In this document: positions 9,689 to 18,832 of the stretch, piece by piece
Numbering within the stretch: the first letter of the stretch is position 1
Layout: the number at the start of each line of letters is the position of its first letter
NCBI GenBank assembly: GCA_963677485.1
Contig: OY781964.1
Location: 128,001-192,000, forward strand
Direction of reading: 5' to 3'
Source of the DNA: Armatimonadota bacterium
Lineage (GTDB): Bacteria > Armatimonadota > HRBIN16
Length of the DNA: 64,000 nucleotides
Position numbers and translations under genes: made by a program
The notes under the pieces: generated by a model
Told to the model about the DNA's origin: nothing
The model's input: only the letters and a program-made list of their open reading frames with translations
Databases searched by the model: none

Positions 9689-11128
9689 TCAGACGGCTTC
9701 GATCAGATCGAAACCTAACTTCTTGGCCCTCTTTCTCATGGCTGCAACTTGATGAGACTGATACCTCGCTTCGTAATCCTGAACCCCAAGATCAACGTAT
9801 TGCTGGCCGTCTTTTAGCAGATGGTAGTACATCCTGGCGATTTTGTATGCGGTGGCATAGAGAGCTTTAGGCTTACTGATGCGAGCCGCTAAGCGTCTTT
9901 AGAAAGCACCGTAAGCATTATCAGAACGTATAGTCGCAACGGCCGACTGCAGAAACAGAACGGCCGCAGGATGTATGCCAGGCCGGGTACGGCTCGATAG
10001 CCGTTTACCTCCGCTGATCTTCTGAACCGGCGCAAGACCAAGGTATGACCCGAAATGTCGATCCGTTTTCCACTTATCCATGTCGTAGCCTAACATAGAC
10101 AGAAGGCCCAGAGCTGTGAGACCGCCGATTCCTGGTAGCTGGGTTGGGTCTACACCCAGAAACAGTGTCACCATCGCACCAGCATTAAATGGCGGTGGAT
10201 GTTTTCCCTGGTTGACTGGGTGGGTTTCCAAGCTAACAGCTTCCGTGATCTGATCATCATTCTCAGGCATGATCGCAGTAAGATGCTGTAATATCTGAGC
10301 ATCGATCTGAGCGATTTGAGCCTGATGGAAAAGATGGTCGTTTCGGGCTATCTTGAGAGCAAACACCAGGTGGGGTTGGTAATACCCTGTCAAAGCCGCA
10401 TAAAGCTCTTCATCGGTGCAGTGACATCGATGATCGCGATATGACGCCAGTTTGACTGGATCACGCTCTCCATTCACGATCGCGTCCACGATACGCTGAC
10501 CAGTCACTCCATCCAGGTCGCTTATTACCTGGTGCGGGCGCAGATTCATCATATCCAGAGCCCTCTGCTGGCGACGGACCGCATCACCGCAGAATTCCAC
10601 TTGTTTACTTCGTTGGTGCCAGAATTCTAGCAACGGGCGAATGTCTTCGCTCGGGCGAAACGAGGCTGAAAGCAAGCCGAATTTATGCAGCTTCTGTAAC
10701 CAACGTGCGTCTAGCTTGTCATCTTTCGGGCGTCCAGGAACATTCTTAGCATGGCTTGGGTTCACCAGAAATACTTCGATGCCGGCCTTCTCCAGAGCAT
10801 CGTACACCGGAATCCAGTAGACACCGGTCGCCTCCATCGCCACCGTAGTCACGGCATGCGATTTCAGATACTCAACCCACACCGTCAGATCCGGGGTCAT
10901 TCCCCCCACCTCTATGACCTCAAGCTCTGTTTCACTGATCTCCAGAGCGATGAAGTGAGCGCCGCGCCCTGCTAGGTCAATGCCCGCTGCATTGCGGTGG
11001 ATCACCTGGAGATCCTCTTTTGGATAATGAGCTACGAACCGAGGGGCCGGTACACGGCGCGACAACAGGGAGTGGGAAGGAGGCTTGGCCTCTACAGGCG
11101 AGTTGTCTTTTCGAGAGTGCTGTGCCAT
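9689..11128 (-). pseudogene. IS110 DEDD recombinase/transposase with one in-frame nonsense codon (TAA 9899-9901)
   Basis: Motifs GIDL, MEATGVYW, KDDKLD, LPGIG, GLAP..ISGGK. ATG at 11128 with GAGGA RBS. The frame continues past TAA as RRLAARISKPKALYATAYKIARMYYHLLKDGQQYVDLG...RKRAKKLGFDLIEAV to TGA 9689. Confidence 0.9.
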
Positions 11129-11160
11129 TGTTTGATCCTCACACTTAGAAATATGAACAC

Positions 11161-11320
11161 ATCTCGAGCCGGAAAGGCATATGCGTGAAATCTTGTAATC
11201 GGGTTCACTCGGGTTCGCCACCGAGCACTACACCATCTGGCTGATCAGCCACCTTTCCGCCCCATGCTTGTTAACGGGCTATTATGCACCAAAGACTGTC
11301 CGGGGATGCTGTCAAGAGAT
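11161..11320 (-). ncRNA. Putative IS110 bridge RNA with target-binding and donor-binding loops; ends approximate
   Basis: Two modules with shared (T/C)GGTG...CCCG scaffold carry CAGTCT/AACAAG (match target junction) and TGCT/TTACAAG (match donor junction). Stems GGAAAGG/CCTTTCC and ATCTC/GAGAT enclose them. Confidence 0.7.
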
Positions 11321-11389
11321 GTGTGCTATAAATGTACCTGAAACGCATCAGTTACAGTATGGGCTGCCGGGTAGGCACGGGCGGATGCT

Positions 11390-11427
11390 TGTTTGTCAAT
11401 AGCCGAGACATTGATGTCGCGGCGGCG
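11390..11427. repeat. Right part of the REP/REPIN-like palindrome split by the IS110
   Basis: tcaATAGccgagaca-ttga-tgtcgcggc: ATAG-footed imperfect hairpin, inverted copy of 9467-9498. Confidence 0.75.
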
Positions 11428-11538
11428 AGGGCCTCTAGCTTTGATATCCACCGCACCACCCATCTCCGCCCATCGCACGTGAGCCACCATGGTAAAATAG
11501 ACAAAACATCCCAGCACTATCAGAAAGGTTTCTCTCAC

Positions 11539-14109
11539 ATGCATTTTCTGACACGCCCCAGCTTACTGCTTGCTGCGCTATTACTGACTGGCAGCACGCA
11601 GGCTCAGCCCCTGAGCATCAGCAACGACTACATCCGCATCGATGGTGCAGATGGCGTCATCAAGTCGCTGCGAGTATCATCCACACCCAAAGGCAAGCTC
11701 AGCGATAACATCATCAACGGCTTTAGCCTATTCTCGCCGGTAGCGAATAAATCGGCCAAAGTAACCATAGATAAAAAGTCCCATACCATGCGTATACAAA
11801 ACGCGGCGTATGGCTTGACACGAATCATCGAGTATCCAACCACTAACCCATCATACCCGGTGGAATTGAAACCAGGCGGAGTGTTGGCACAACAGATACA
11901 ATTCAAGTCAGGCCGTATCCGCCGCGTTGCTGCACAATGCCCCACCTGGAACAAAGGCGACTGCACCGCCACATTCAGCTTATACCGAATAGCCAATGGT
12001 AAAAGGCAGCTCGTATCACAAATGCGTCCCCAACTGGTCGGCGATGGCACTACCGTGTGGCTGGACGCAAAGAACTCCCCAGCGGGCACCTATTCATTTG
12101 AGATGTCTAGTCCCAAAGGCACCATCGGCTGGTGGCAGCCCACCAGCAACGGTCCGGTGCCCGGATCATCATTTACCAACGGACAGGAAGTCAAAGGGAA
12201 ACACTACGCCCTCAAAATTGAGGCTATTCTGACCGGCTATGCGAATGCCGTGTGTAAGTTGGATGGCCCGAAACTGACCATTAACTACCAACCCACCAGC
12301 AAGCTAGGTGACGCGAAACCCTGGATTTCCGTGAAGATGGGCTGGGTCAAGAACGGCTATGATGTCAGCAGCCCGAAGATCAAGTTCAACTATGTGTATT
12401 CCAACAACGACATCGTGGTGCCGGCATACCTATTCAAGCGGCGCACCGAATCTTACTCATGTAATTTTCAATGGTTGCGCTTCAACGGCCGGATCGGTGC
12501 AGACATCCAGATCGAACCTGCACAGATGAAGGCTGACATCAGCGACACCGAGCTGGACTGGCACATCAATGGCACCAGTCTGCGTCTGTCGGTACTCCCC
12601 CACCAGAACGGTTACCCAAAGCACCTGACCTCGTTCGACAGCAGCAATCCCAAGCTCACAAACCCCATCAACGAGTTCTTATTCACGCACAACTACAGCC
12701 ACGATATCGGGGTGAACCCAGACTGGGCTGACTGGATGAGCGCGCAGATGTGCTACACCACAAGCCGACAGGCAACCCAATATGAAGGGGTGATCAACGG
12801 CCATTACATCCAGCCGAACGGCTATGTCAACTCGTGGGGATCCATGCCCGGCTGGCCATTCCCCTTCGCCGATGCGAACGGCGACGGGTTAAATGACCTG
12901 GACACCCGCCACATGCCTACCAATCCTAACCTGATCATTGGGTCACAGAGGCTGGCCGCCTGGAATGGCGACAGCAGCTATCTAGCCACAGTGGTCAACC
13001 GCGCACGTCGCGCCATGGAGTTCATGTTGATTGACCTTGGCGGTAAGGATGGCTTGTTGGTCATCGACTACCCAGGTCTGCAGGGTCGCAACAACGAGTT
13101 TGGCTCCAACTATTGGGACATCACGCCGTTCGGTTATAAATGCGCATTCACCAACAGCATCTTCCCACGATCCCTTGAGGCCATGGCTGTGCTGGAAGAG
13201 ATGATAGCGGCCGATCCGAAGGCCCAGAAGCTTCTACCCGCCACTTCCCTACCATCACGTGATCCAGGCTACTACCGGGCTCTAGCGAAAACCGCGGTCA
13301 AGAAATACAACGAGATCTTCTGGCTTGAGGATAAGAATCGCTACGCAGGCTGCATCGACAAAGACGGCACAGTGCATGACTACGGCTTCACCTTTGTCAA
13401 CCTCCAGGCGATGGCCTTTGGCGAAGCCAGTCCAGAGCGTGCGCGACGGATATTCAACTGGATGGAGACCGGCACCAGCTACACGGGCAAGCAAGACATC
13501 ATCAGCAAACACGTCTTTGCCATGCGCGCCAGTGCAGAACTGAATCCATCAAAGACGGCTTCACAGACACCTAAGCCAAGTTGGTGGCACCGCGATTGGC
13601 CCGGCACCGACTTTGAGGAGCAATGCCAGGCAGGTGGGGCTATTCTATACACCACAGCCCATGAAATCATGGCGCGGCAGAAGCTACTGGGCACCGAAAA
13701 CGCATGGAGCCGCTTCAAGCAGGTTCTTGGCCGCTACATGCTTGGTGACCGCCTCTCCGGTGGAAGTCCACTTATCACCGGGCAGACCTCTCAGGGCGGT
13801 CCTGGGGGCACTGCAGGGGCATGTGGCATCGAGGGTGAGTTCCCCGAAAGCGGTCTGGTGCCCAGCCAGTTCCTATATGTATTCATGGGCATCGACGCCA
13901 GCAAAGACGGCCTGCGGATCGCGCCAAACCTCCCGACCGACCTAAACTGGGCGAGCGTGAAAAACATGCGCTGGGATAAGCTGGTTTGGGACGTGCGTGT
14001 CGACCGTCAGCAGATCACCATGAAATGCCTGACGAAAGGCCATCAGCAGACCATCACCCGCCCGTTGGCTTCAGACGCAGTGACCATACGCCGCGATGAG
14101 GTGAAATAG
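11539..14109 (+). CDS. Secreted six-hairpin (alpha/alpha)6 glycoside hydrolase-like protein with GH65-like C-terminal domain
   Basis: Likely ATG at 11539 (AGAAAGG RBS), signal peptide ending TQA. Motifs SNYWDITPFGYKCAFTN, KYNEIFW, DYGFTFVNLQA, C-terminal MGIDASKDGLRIAPNLPTDLNWASV. Confidence 0.6.
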   Translation: MHFLTRPSLLLAALLLTGSTQAQPLSISNDYIRIDGADGVIKSLRVSSTPKGKLSDNIINGFSLFSPVANKSAKVTIDKKSHTMRIQNAAYGLTRIIEYPTTNPSYPVELKPGGVLAQQIQFKSGRIRRVAAQCPTWNKGDCTATFSLYRIANGKRQLVSQMRPQLVGDGTTVWLDAKNSPAGTYSFEMSSPKGTIGWWQPTSNGPVPGSSFTNGQEVKGKHYALKIEAILTGYANAVCKLDGPKLTINYQPTSKLGDAKPWISVKMGWVKNGYDVSSPKIKFNYVYSNNDIVVPAYLFKRRTESYSCNFQWLRFNGRIGADIQIEPAQMKADISDTELDWHINGTSLRLSVLPHQNGYPKHLTSFDSSNPKLTNPINEFLFTHNYSHDIGVNPDWADWMSAQMCYTTSRQATQYEGVINGHYIQPNGYVNSWGSMPGWPFPFADANGDGLNDLDTRHMPTNPNLIIGSQRLAAWNGDSSYLATVVNRARRAMEFMLIDLGGKDGLLVIDYPGLQGRNNEFGSNYWDITPFGYKCAFTNSIFPRSLEAMAVLEEMIAADPKAQKLLPATSLPSRDPGYYRALAKTAVKKYNEIFWLEDKNRYAGCIDKDGTVHDYGFTFVNLQAMAFGEASPERARRIFNWMETGTSYTGKQDIISKHVFAMRASAELNPSKTASQTPKPSWWHRDWPGTDFEEQCQAGGAILYTTAHEIMARQKLLGTENAWSRFKQVLGRYMLGDRLSGGSPLITGQTSQGGPGGTAGACGIEGEFPESGLVPSQFLYVFMGIDASKDGLRIAPNLPTDLNWASVKNMRWDKLVWDVRVDRQQITMKCLTKGHQQTITRPLASDAVTIRRDEVK

Positions 14110-14128
14110 CCGCTACAGAAAAAGCATT

Positions 14129-14160
14129 AGACGGATCCGACATACCGGCCGGATCCGTCT
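14129..14160. terminator. Hairpin between convergent genes (possible bidirectional terminator)
   Basis: agacggatccg-N10-cggatccgtct. Confidence 0.6.
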
Positions 14161-14183
14161 GATTTCAAATATCACTTGCCAGG

Positions 14184-15464
14184 CTACCTTCCGCAGCAGC
14201 GCTTATACTTCTTCCCGCTGCCGCACGGGCAGGGGTCGTTACGGCCAGGCGCAGGCTTATCAGGGGCTGCGGTGATGATCGGAGCATCTGGCCGATAATC
14301 CATCATGTCCTGCCCTTCATCAATCCAGCTGATCATCCTTGCCCAGGCGTCATGCGTGTGCCGATAGAACTTCCAGTATCCCTCACACAGCAGATTGTGG
14401 CCGGGCTCTCCGTATTTACTCACACCTTTGCGGTCTTTCAGACACCCGCCATGGCAATATGTCAGATATTGACACTCTTTGCACTGGCGGGTGAGGGCGG
14501 TGTCTTTGCTCATACCCCATTCTATCTGCGAGGGTAGTTGAACCAGGTATGCCAAATCTTCTTCAAGGATGTTTCCCAGTTTATGATCAGGGGTCACAAA
14601 ATGATCGCAGGAATACAGATCACCGTTGTGCTCCAGCACCACGTTATTCCCGCAGTATTTGCTGTGAACACATAAGCTGGGATTGAACTCACCTACCGCT
14701 TCCAGTGCGTTGTGGAAGAGCTGCACATAAACCGTGGCCGTTTCCTTCCTGTGCCATTCATCAAATACCCCGCACAGGAAGCTCCCCCACGCATCTGCTG
14801 TCACACTCCACTCGGTCAAACTGCCATCGGGCAATAGTTCCACCGCCGGGATGAACTGCATCCATTCCACACCCAGCTCCCTGAAATAGCGATAAAGCTG
14901 CTTAGGTTGCGTTGCATTCACGCTGTTGACCACACAAAGCACATTGCACTGCATGTGATGTCGCATCAACAGCTTCAGTGCCGCCTCTACCCGCTCATGG
15001 GTTCCTTCGCCACCCAGCGTGTGCCGGTGCGCGTTGTGCATGTGCGCCGGGCCATCCATACTAAGGCCTACCAGGAAGTTATTCTCAGCCAGGAACTCAC
15101 ACCACGCATCATCAAGCAGCAACCCATTAGTTTGCAGGGCGTTGGCCACTTCGCAACCGTCGGGTCTGTAGCCATGCTGCAGTTCGACCGCTTCTTTGAA
15201 GAAGTCCAGCCCCATCAGCGTCGGTTCCCCTCCCTGCCACAGGAAGTTAACTGGGCTCCGGTCAGCCATACACCGTATATATTGCTTAGTGTAGGCTTCT
15301 AGAACCTCGCTGTTCATTCGGAAGTTGCTGCCGTCATCCAGCATCTCCTGCTTCCGCAGATAGAAGCAATACTCGCAGCCTATGTTGCAGATCGGGCCAC
15401 GGGGCTTTGCCATCACCGAGATGGGGAACGGCAGGTATTTATCTTCTTGCGGTACGTTCAACAT
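14184..15464 (-). CDS. Anaerobic sulfatase-maturating radical SAM enzyme (AslB/AtsB-type) with SPASM domain and SEC-C motif
   Basis: CNIGCEYCFY, WQGGEPTLMG, LQTNG, EHNGDLYSCDHFV, C..C.....CHGGC, C-terminal GRNDPCPCGSGKKYKRCC. Confidence 0.92.
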   Translation of the reverse strand: MLNVPQEDKYLPFPISVMAKPRGPICNIGCEYCFYLRKQEMLDDGSNFRMNSEVLEAYTKQYIRCMADRSPVNFLWQGGEPTLMGLDFFKEAVELQHGYRPDGCEVANALQTNGLLLDDAWCEFLAENNFLVGLSMDGPAHMHNAHRHTLGGEGTHERVEAALKLLMRHHMQCNVLCVVNSVNATQPKQLYRYFRELGVEWMQFIPAVELLPDGSLTEWSVTADAWGSFLCGVFDEWHRKETATVYVQLFHNALEAVGEFNPSLCVHSKYCGNNVVLEHNGDLYSCDHFVTPDHKLGNILEEDLAYLVQLPSQIEWGMSKDTALTRQCKECQYLTYCHGGCLKDRKGVSKYGEPGHNLLCEGYWKFYRHTHDAWARMISWIDEGQDMMDYRPDAPIITAAPDKPAPGRNDPCPCGSGKKYKRCCGR

Positions 15465-16195
15465 GCCTTTATCTTCTTAACCTCTTTTGACAACTGCGTG
15501 TATGGACGCGGGTAGCCCTTAGCAGTGGCTTGAATCTTCTCGCAAAACCAGAAGCTGTTGGTGATGTCCGTCATCGGCACCTCAACCTCATGCACCTCGG
15601 GACGGCCGCCGCCCAGACGTTGAATCTGAGGCTCTGAAACCTCAAGCTCCGCCCACTGCGTGCGCCGTTTAGACCAAATCGCCACACCACCAAGCTTCAC
15701 AAACGGCAAGGTCCATTCCGAAAGAGCCCAAAGGTGTGCCACGGCCCGTGCAGTGGCCATGTCATACTTACCGCGGTAATCGCCGCTCTGCCCGGCCTCT
15801 TCGGCCCGAGCGACCACACACTTTACCTTCTCCAGCCCAAGTTCAGCCACCAGTTCCGACAGGAAATCAATGGGGTCATGCCGGCTGTCCATTAGGGTGA
15901 GTTTGATCTCTGGGCACATGATCTTGAGTGGCAGGCCAGGAAAGCCGCCGCCGGTGCCGATGTCCAGCACCAATTGGCCTGAGGTGGGCTTCCACACAGC
16001 CAGCAGGCTGAGCGAGTCCAGGAAGTGGTGGGTCAGTGTCTTTTCAGGGGGTATGGCAGTCAGGTTCATGCGTTGCGAGGCTTCATGCAGACGCGCCGCA
16101 TACAGCATGAACATATCGAGTTGCTGGGTAGAGGGTTCAAGTGAAAGCTGCTGACATGCAGCCAATAAGTCGGATCTAAAATCTAGTGTCATCAC
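15458..16195 (-). CDS. rsmG: 16S rRNA (guanine527-N7)-methyltransferase
   Basis: MNLTAI, HFLDSL, LDIGTGGGFPGLPL, ARAE, TARAVA. Confidence 0.93.
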   Translation of the reverse strand: MMTLDFRSDLLAACQQLSLEPSTQQLDMFMLYAARLHEASQRMNLTAIPPEKTLTHHFLDSLSLLAVWKPTSGQLVLDIGTGGGFPGLPLKIMCPEIKLTLMDSRHDPIDFLSELVAELGLEKVKCVVARAEEAGQSGDYRGKYDMATARAVAHLWALSEWTLPFVKLGGVAIWSKRRTQWAELEVSEPQIQRLGGGRPEVHEVEVPMTDITNSFWFCEKIQATAKGYPRPYTQLSKEVKKIKAC

Positions 16196-16205
16196 ACTAT
16201 AGATT

Positions 16206-17267
16206 TTATCGCTTACCCACCGTCAATTGCACTTTGCGTCGAGCATTGCCATTGGTTAACGCGATGTCAAGCACATCACCCGGTTTGACAGCGCGGATGA
16301 AGGAGGCCACATCTGACAATCGGGCGACCCTTGTCGTGTTGAGCGACATGATCACATCACCAGGCTCAATTCCCGCTGAAGCTGCCGGACCGTCAGGCAT
16401 CACGCTCTTGATCAACGCGCCATAGCCCTGAGGAGCATCAACCATCGTGACCCCAAGGAAGGGTCGTTCCAGTTTGCCCTCACGCATTTTTTGCAGCACA
16501 CTCACCACATCGTTAATGGGGGTGGCCAATGCACTGGAGCTGCGGTTCATCACATCGCCTTGCGGATAGACGCTGGCCACCACGATGCCGATGACTTCAC
16601 CGTGCACATTCACAACCGCGGAGCCGGGTGAACCAGGGCCCACAGGACCGGAAATCTGCAGCAGGTTGCTCAAGGTGGTGGCTCCATCGTTCAAAACCAC
16701 ACTGCGGCCCTTGCCAGCCAGTATGCCGAAGGCCACGCTGCGGTCATACCCGCCGATTCCGCCCACGGTCACCACAACTCCACCCACGGACACCGCATTG
16801 GAGTCGCCAAACTTCAAGGGGACCATATCCACAGGTAACTCAACGGTCTTCAATAGTGCAGTGGCATTCAACTCATCAATGCTGATCAGTTTTGCATCAA
16901 ACCGGCGGCCTGTATTACCTTGCACGCTGCAGCGCTTTGCGCCGCGGACCAAATCCGCACTGGTTAGTATGAAGCCCTTGGTGTCGATCAGGAATCCGCT
17001 GCCCTTCGTGGGCGGCAACGGTCCGGCGGGAGCCACAGATTTGACCATCTCATTTGCATTTTCAAGCAAGCCAGGGTTTTCGTAGATGCCCGAAGCCCGA
17101 TTTCCGCCAAACGCTTCCACGGCCACCACACCTGGAAGCACACGTGTCGCTAACTCGCTGACCTCCTTATTCATCTGGTCTAAAGCCCCTTGAGCGGAGG
17201 CGAAGGCACTCATCCCTATGAGGGCGGCAGCAAATAACGAGATATGTCGAAAAACACGTGCATTCAC
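16206..17267 (-). CDS. Exported HtrA/DegP-like trypsin + PDZ protein, apparently catalytically inactive
   Basis: Signal peptide; GSGFLID, GDS, GEVIGI and PDZ motifs RPFLGV...GPAASAGIEPGDVI. Triad motifs are degenerate: LTSADLV, DELNATALLK, PGSPGSA. Confidence 0.85.
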   Translation of the reverse strand: MNARVFRHISLFAAALIGMSAFASAQGALDQMNKEVSELATRVLPGVVAVEAFGGNRASGIYENPGLLENANEMVKSVAPAGPLPPTKGSGFLIDTKGFILTSADLVRGAKRCSVQGNTGRRFDAKLISIDELNATALLKTVELPVDMVPLKFGDSNAVSVGGVVVTVGGIGGYDRSVAFGILAGKGRSVVLNDGATTLSNLLQISGPVGPGSPGSAVVNVHGEVIGIVVASVYPQGDVMNRSSSALATPINDVVSVLQKMREGKLERPFLGVTMVDAPQGYGALIKSVMPDGPAASAGIEPGDVIMSLNTTRVARLSDVASFIRAVKPGDVLDIALTNGNARRKVQLTVGKR

Positions 17268-18148
17268 TAGAGTGATAACCCCGATTCGGTTGGTGTTCCG
17301 AAAGATTCCATGGGAACGGCAGCCATGGCTGAGCTGCTGAGAGTCACATCGCTCACCCGTAGGGAAGCTTTACTGACTCCGCCACCTGCACCGGAGCCAA
17401 GCATGTGATCAGCACTGGCTATTGAATGCAAATCTATAGGAACAGACTTCGCCATCATCGCCATGGTTTGTGTGGCCGCAGACCTTAGATTTATTGATAC
17501 CCGACTTGACCGTATAGGTTCCTGCTGCTCGCCAATGCTTGGCCCACTGAGCATCTGTGCGGAGGCCATCAGTTGTCTGTCTACAATGCGCGAACGCACA
17601 GGCATCACAGGCACGGAGACCAGGCCGCTTTTTCGGACAGGCGATGGCCTCGAAGCCACATGTTGATATACCTTCGGCTGTTTCGCTGGCATTGTTGATA
17701 CAGCCTGCGCCGGCATGAAGGCCTTGAGCTCATCCACACTGAACAACGGCATCTGCGGTTCGGCTGAGGCGACCACTTGCTGCGAATTCGAATTCTGCCT
17801 CGCGGACGGTTGCGGATTGAACAGGTCCCGATGACTGTAGTCTGTGCCGACCACCGCGAGCACAACGGCTGCCACAAGCGAACCTACCCAAAGCCCAGGC
17901 GAGATCACGAATCCGAGCGGCGATGTCACCATAAAGGGGCGCACTGATAGGGGCTTATAACCACCAAAAGGCTCTGCTGGGAGGCGCGTCAGGGCCTGCT
18001 TAGTCATAGAGCGTAGTTCGCCGCTCAAGCTGAGCTGGCGATGACAATGACTACAGGTCTGAGTGTGCTTGGTCAGCACGGCAGGCAGTTTCTCAGGCTT
18101 ATCTGCGTAGTCAAGATACCATTCCACGAAACGGCATAGTATGCTCAT
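17267..18148 (-). CDS. Zinc-finger (HxxxCxxC) transmembrane anti-sigma factor
   Basis: HTQTCSHC near the N-terminus, one TM helix (LWVGSLVAAVVLAVV), overlaps the sigma gene stop. Confidence 0.75.
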   Translation of the reverse strand: MSILCRFVEWYLDYADKPEKLPAVLTKHTQTCSHCHRQLSLSGELRSMTKQALTRLPAEPFGGYKPLSVRPFMVTSPLGFVISPGLWVGSLVAAVVLAVVGTDYSHRDLFNPQPSARQNSNSQQVVASAEPQMPLFSVDELKAFMPAQAVSTMPAKQPKVYQHVASRPSPVRKSGLVSVPVMPVRSRIVDRQLMASAQMLSGPSIGEQQEPIRSSRVSINLRSAATQTMAMMAKSVPIDLHSIASADHMLGSGAGGGVSKASLRVSDVTLSSSAMAAVPMESFGTPTESGLSL

Positions 18149-18747
18149 TCTGGGCCCCCTTGCATATCGATCAGTTTTTGTTTCAACTGACGGCGAGCTC
18201 GGAAAATTTTAAGCTTAACACTACCGACGGTACACTTCAACACTGTCGCGATTTCCGAATATTCCATATCATCAAGATCGCGCATCACAAGCATCAGTCT
18301 ATGATGGGCAGGCAGCTCAGAAATAGCTTTCCGTACAAGCTGCTGTGTATCACTCACGATTGCTTTGCGCTCAGGGTCTTCTTTATCATCAGCCGGCAAA
18401 TCCCACTCGATGGGAACTTGCTTCACTTTTTTATTACGTTTGATGTGGTCAAAACACAGGTTGACGGCGATACTGGTGATCCAGGTACGGAATTGAGAAT
18501 CTCCACGGAAACTGGCTAGCGCGCGATATCCCTTAATAAATGCTTCTTGAGTTAAATCCTCAGCATCCGCCTGGTTGCCCACAATGCTATAAACCTTGCG
18601 AAACACAGCGACGCGATGGGTCTCCCACAATAGCTCAAAAGCATGTGGATCTCCATCGCGACATAAATCTACCAGTTCGAAATCTGGTTTTTGAGTTGGT
18701 GTCTCCGCTGAGCGGTTCAAGCTCCACTCCAAAGTCTGTGTTTGCAT
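18145..18747 (-). CDS. ECF-type RNA polymerase sigma-70 factor (RpoE/SigW-like)
   Basis: Region 2 DAEDLTQEAFIK...FRTWITSIAVN; region 4 MEYSEIATVLKCTVGSVKLKIFRAR. Confidence 0.93.
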   Translation of the reverse strand: MQTQTLEWSLNRSAETPTQKPDFELVDLCRDGDPHAFELLWETHRVAVFRKVYSIVGNQADAEDLTQEAFIKGYRALASFRGDSQFRTWITSIAVNLCFDHIKRNKKVKQVPIEWDLPADDKEDPERKAIVSDTQQLVRKAISELPAHHRLMLVMRDLDDMEYSEIATVLKCTVGSVKLKIFRARRQLKQKLIDMQGGPE

Positions 18748-18832
18748 CCTGTCACCCTCTATTGTAGGCCATTCTCGCTAGAAAAGCGCGTGTCGAGTAA
18801 AAAGTGGGTCTAAAATCTACTTGTTCGAAAAA

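Larger units (their letters stand above)
9575..11389 (-). mobile_element. IS110-family insertion sequence, 1815 bp, CT core, long upstream non-coding end
   Basis: CTTGT at both junctions (9573-9577 and 11388-11392). Removing the interval restores a symmetric 146-bp palindrome. Contains a DEDD recombinase, about 260 bp of upstream and about 110 bp of downstream non-coding sequence. Confidence 0.85.

Noticed and set aside
11297-11305. tgtccgggg in the IS end resembling the 29573 repeat terminus
   Set aside because: Only 9 bp, and it coincides with the predicted stem and guide; probably chance.
9573-11392. CTTGT as a 5-bp target-site duplication
   Set aside because: Better explained as a CT core plus donor/target microhomology, because both predicted guide pairs end exactly at CT/AG.
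9467-11427. 32-bp inverted repeats as terminal IRs of the transposon
   Set aside because: IS110-group elements lack long terminal IRs. The CTTGT junctions and the restored palindrome place these repeats outside the element.
11129-11538. N-terminal extensions of the transposase (from 11221) and the hydrolase (from 11332) in the ORF track
   Set aside because: They run through the bridge RNA, IS end and REP; better starts with RBS exist at 11128 and 11539.
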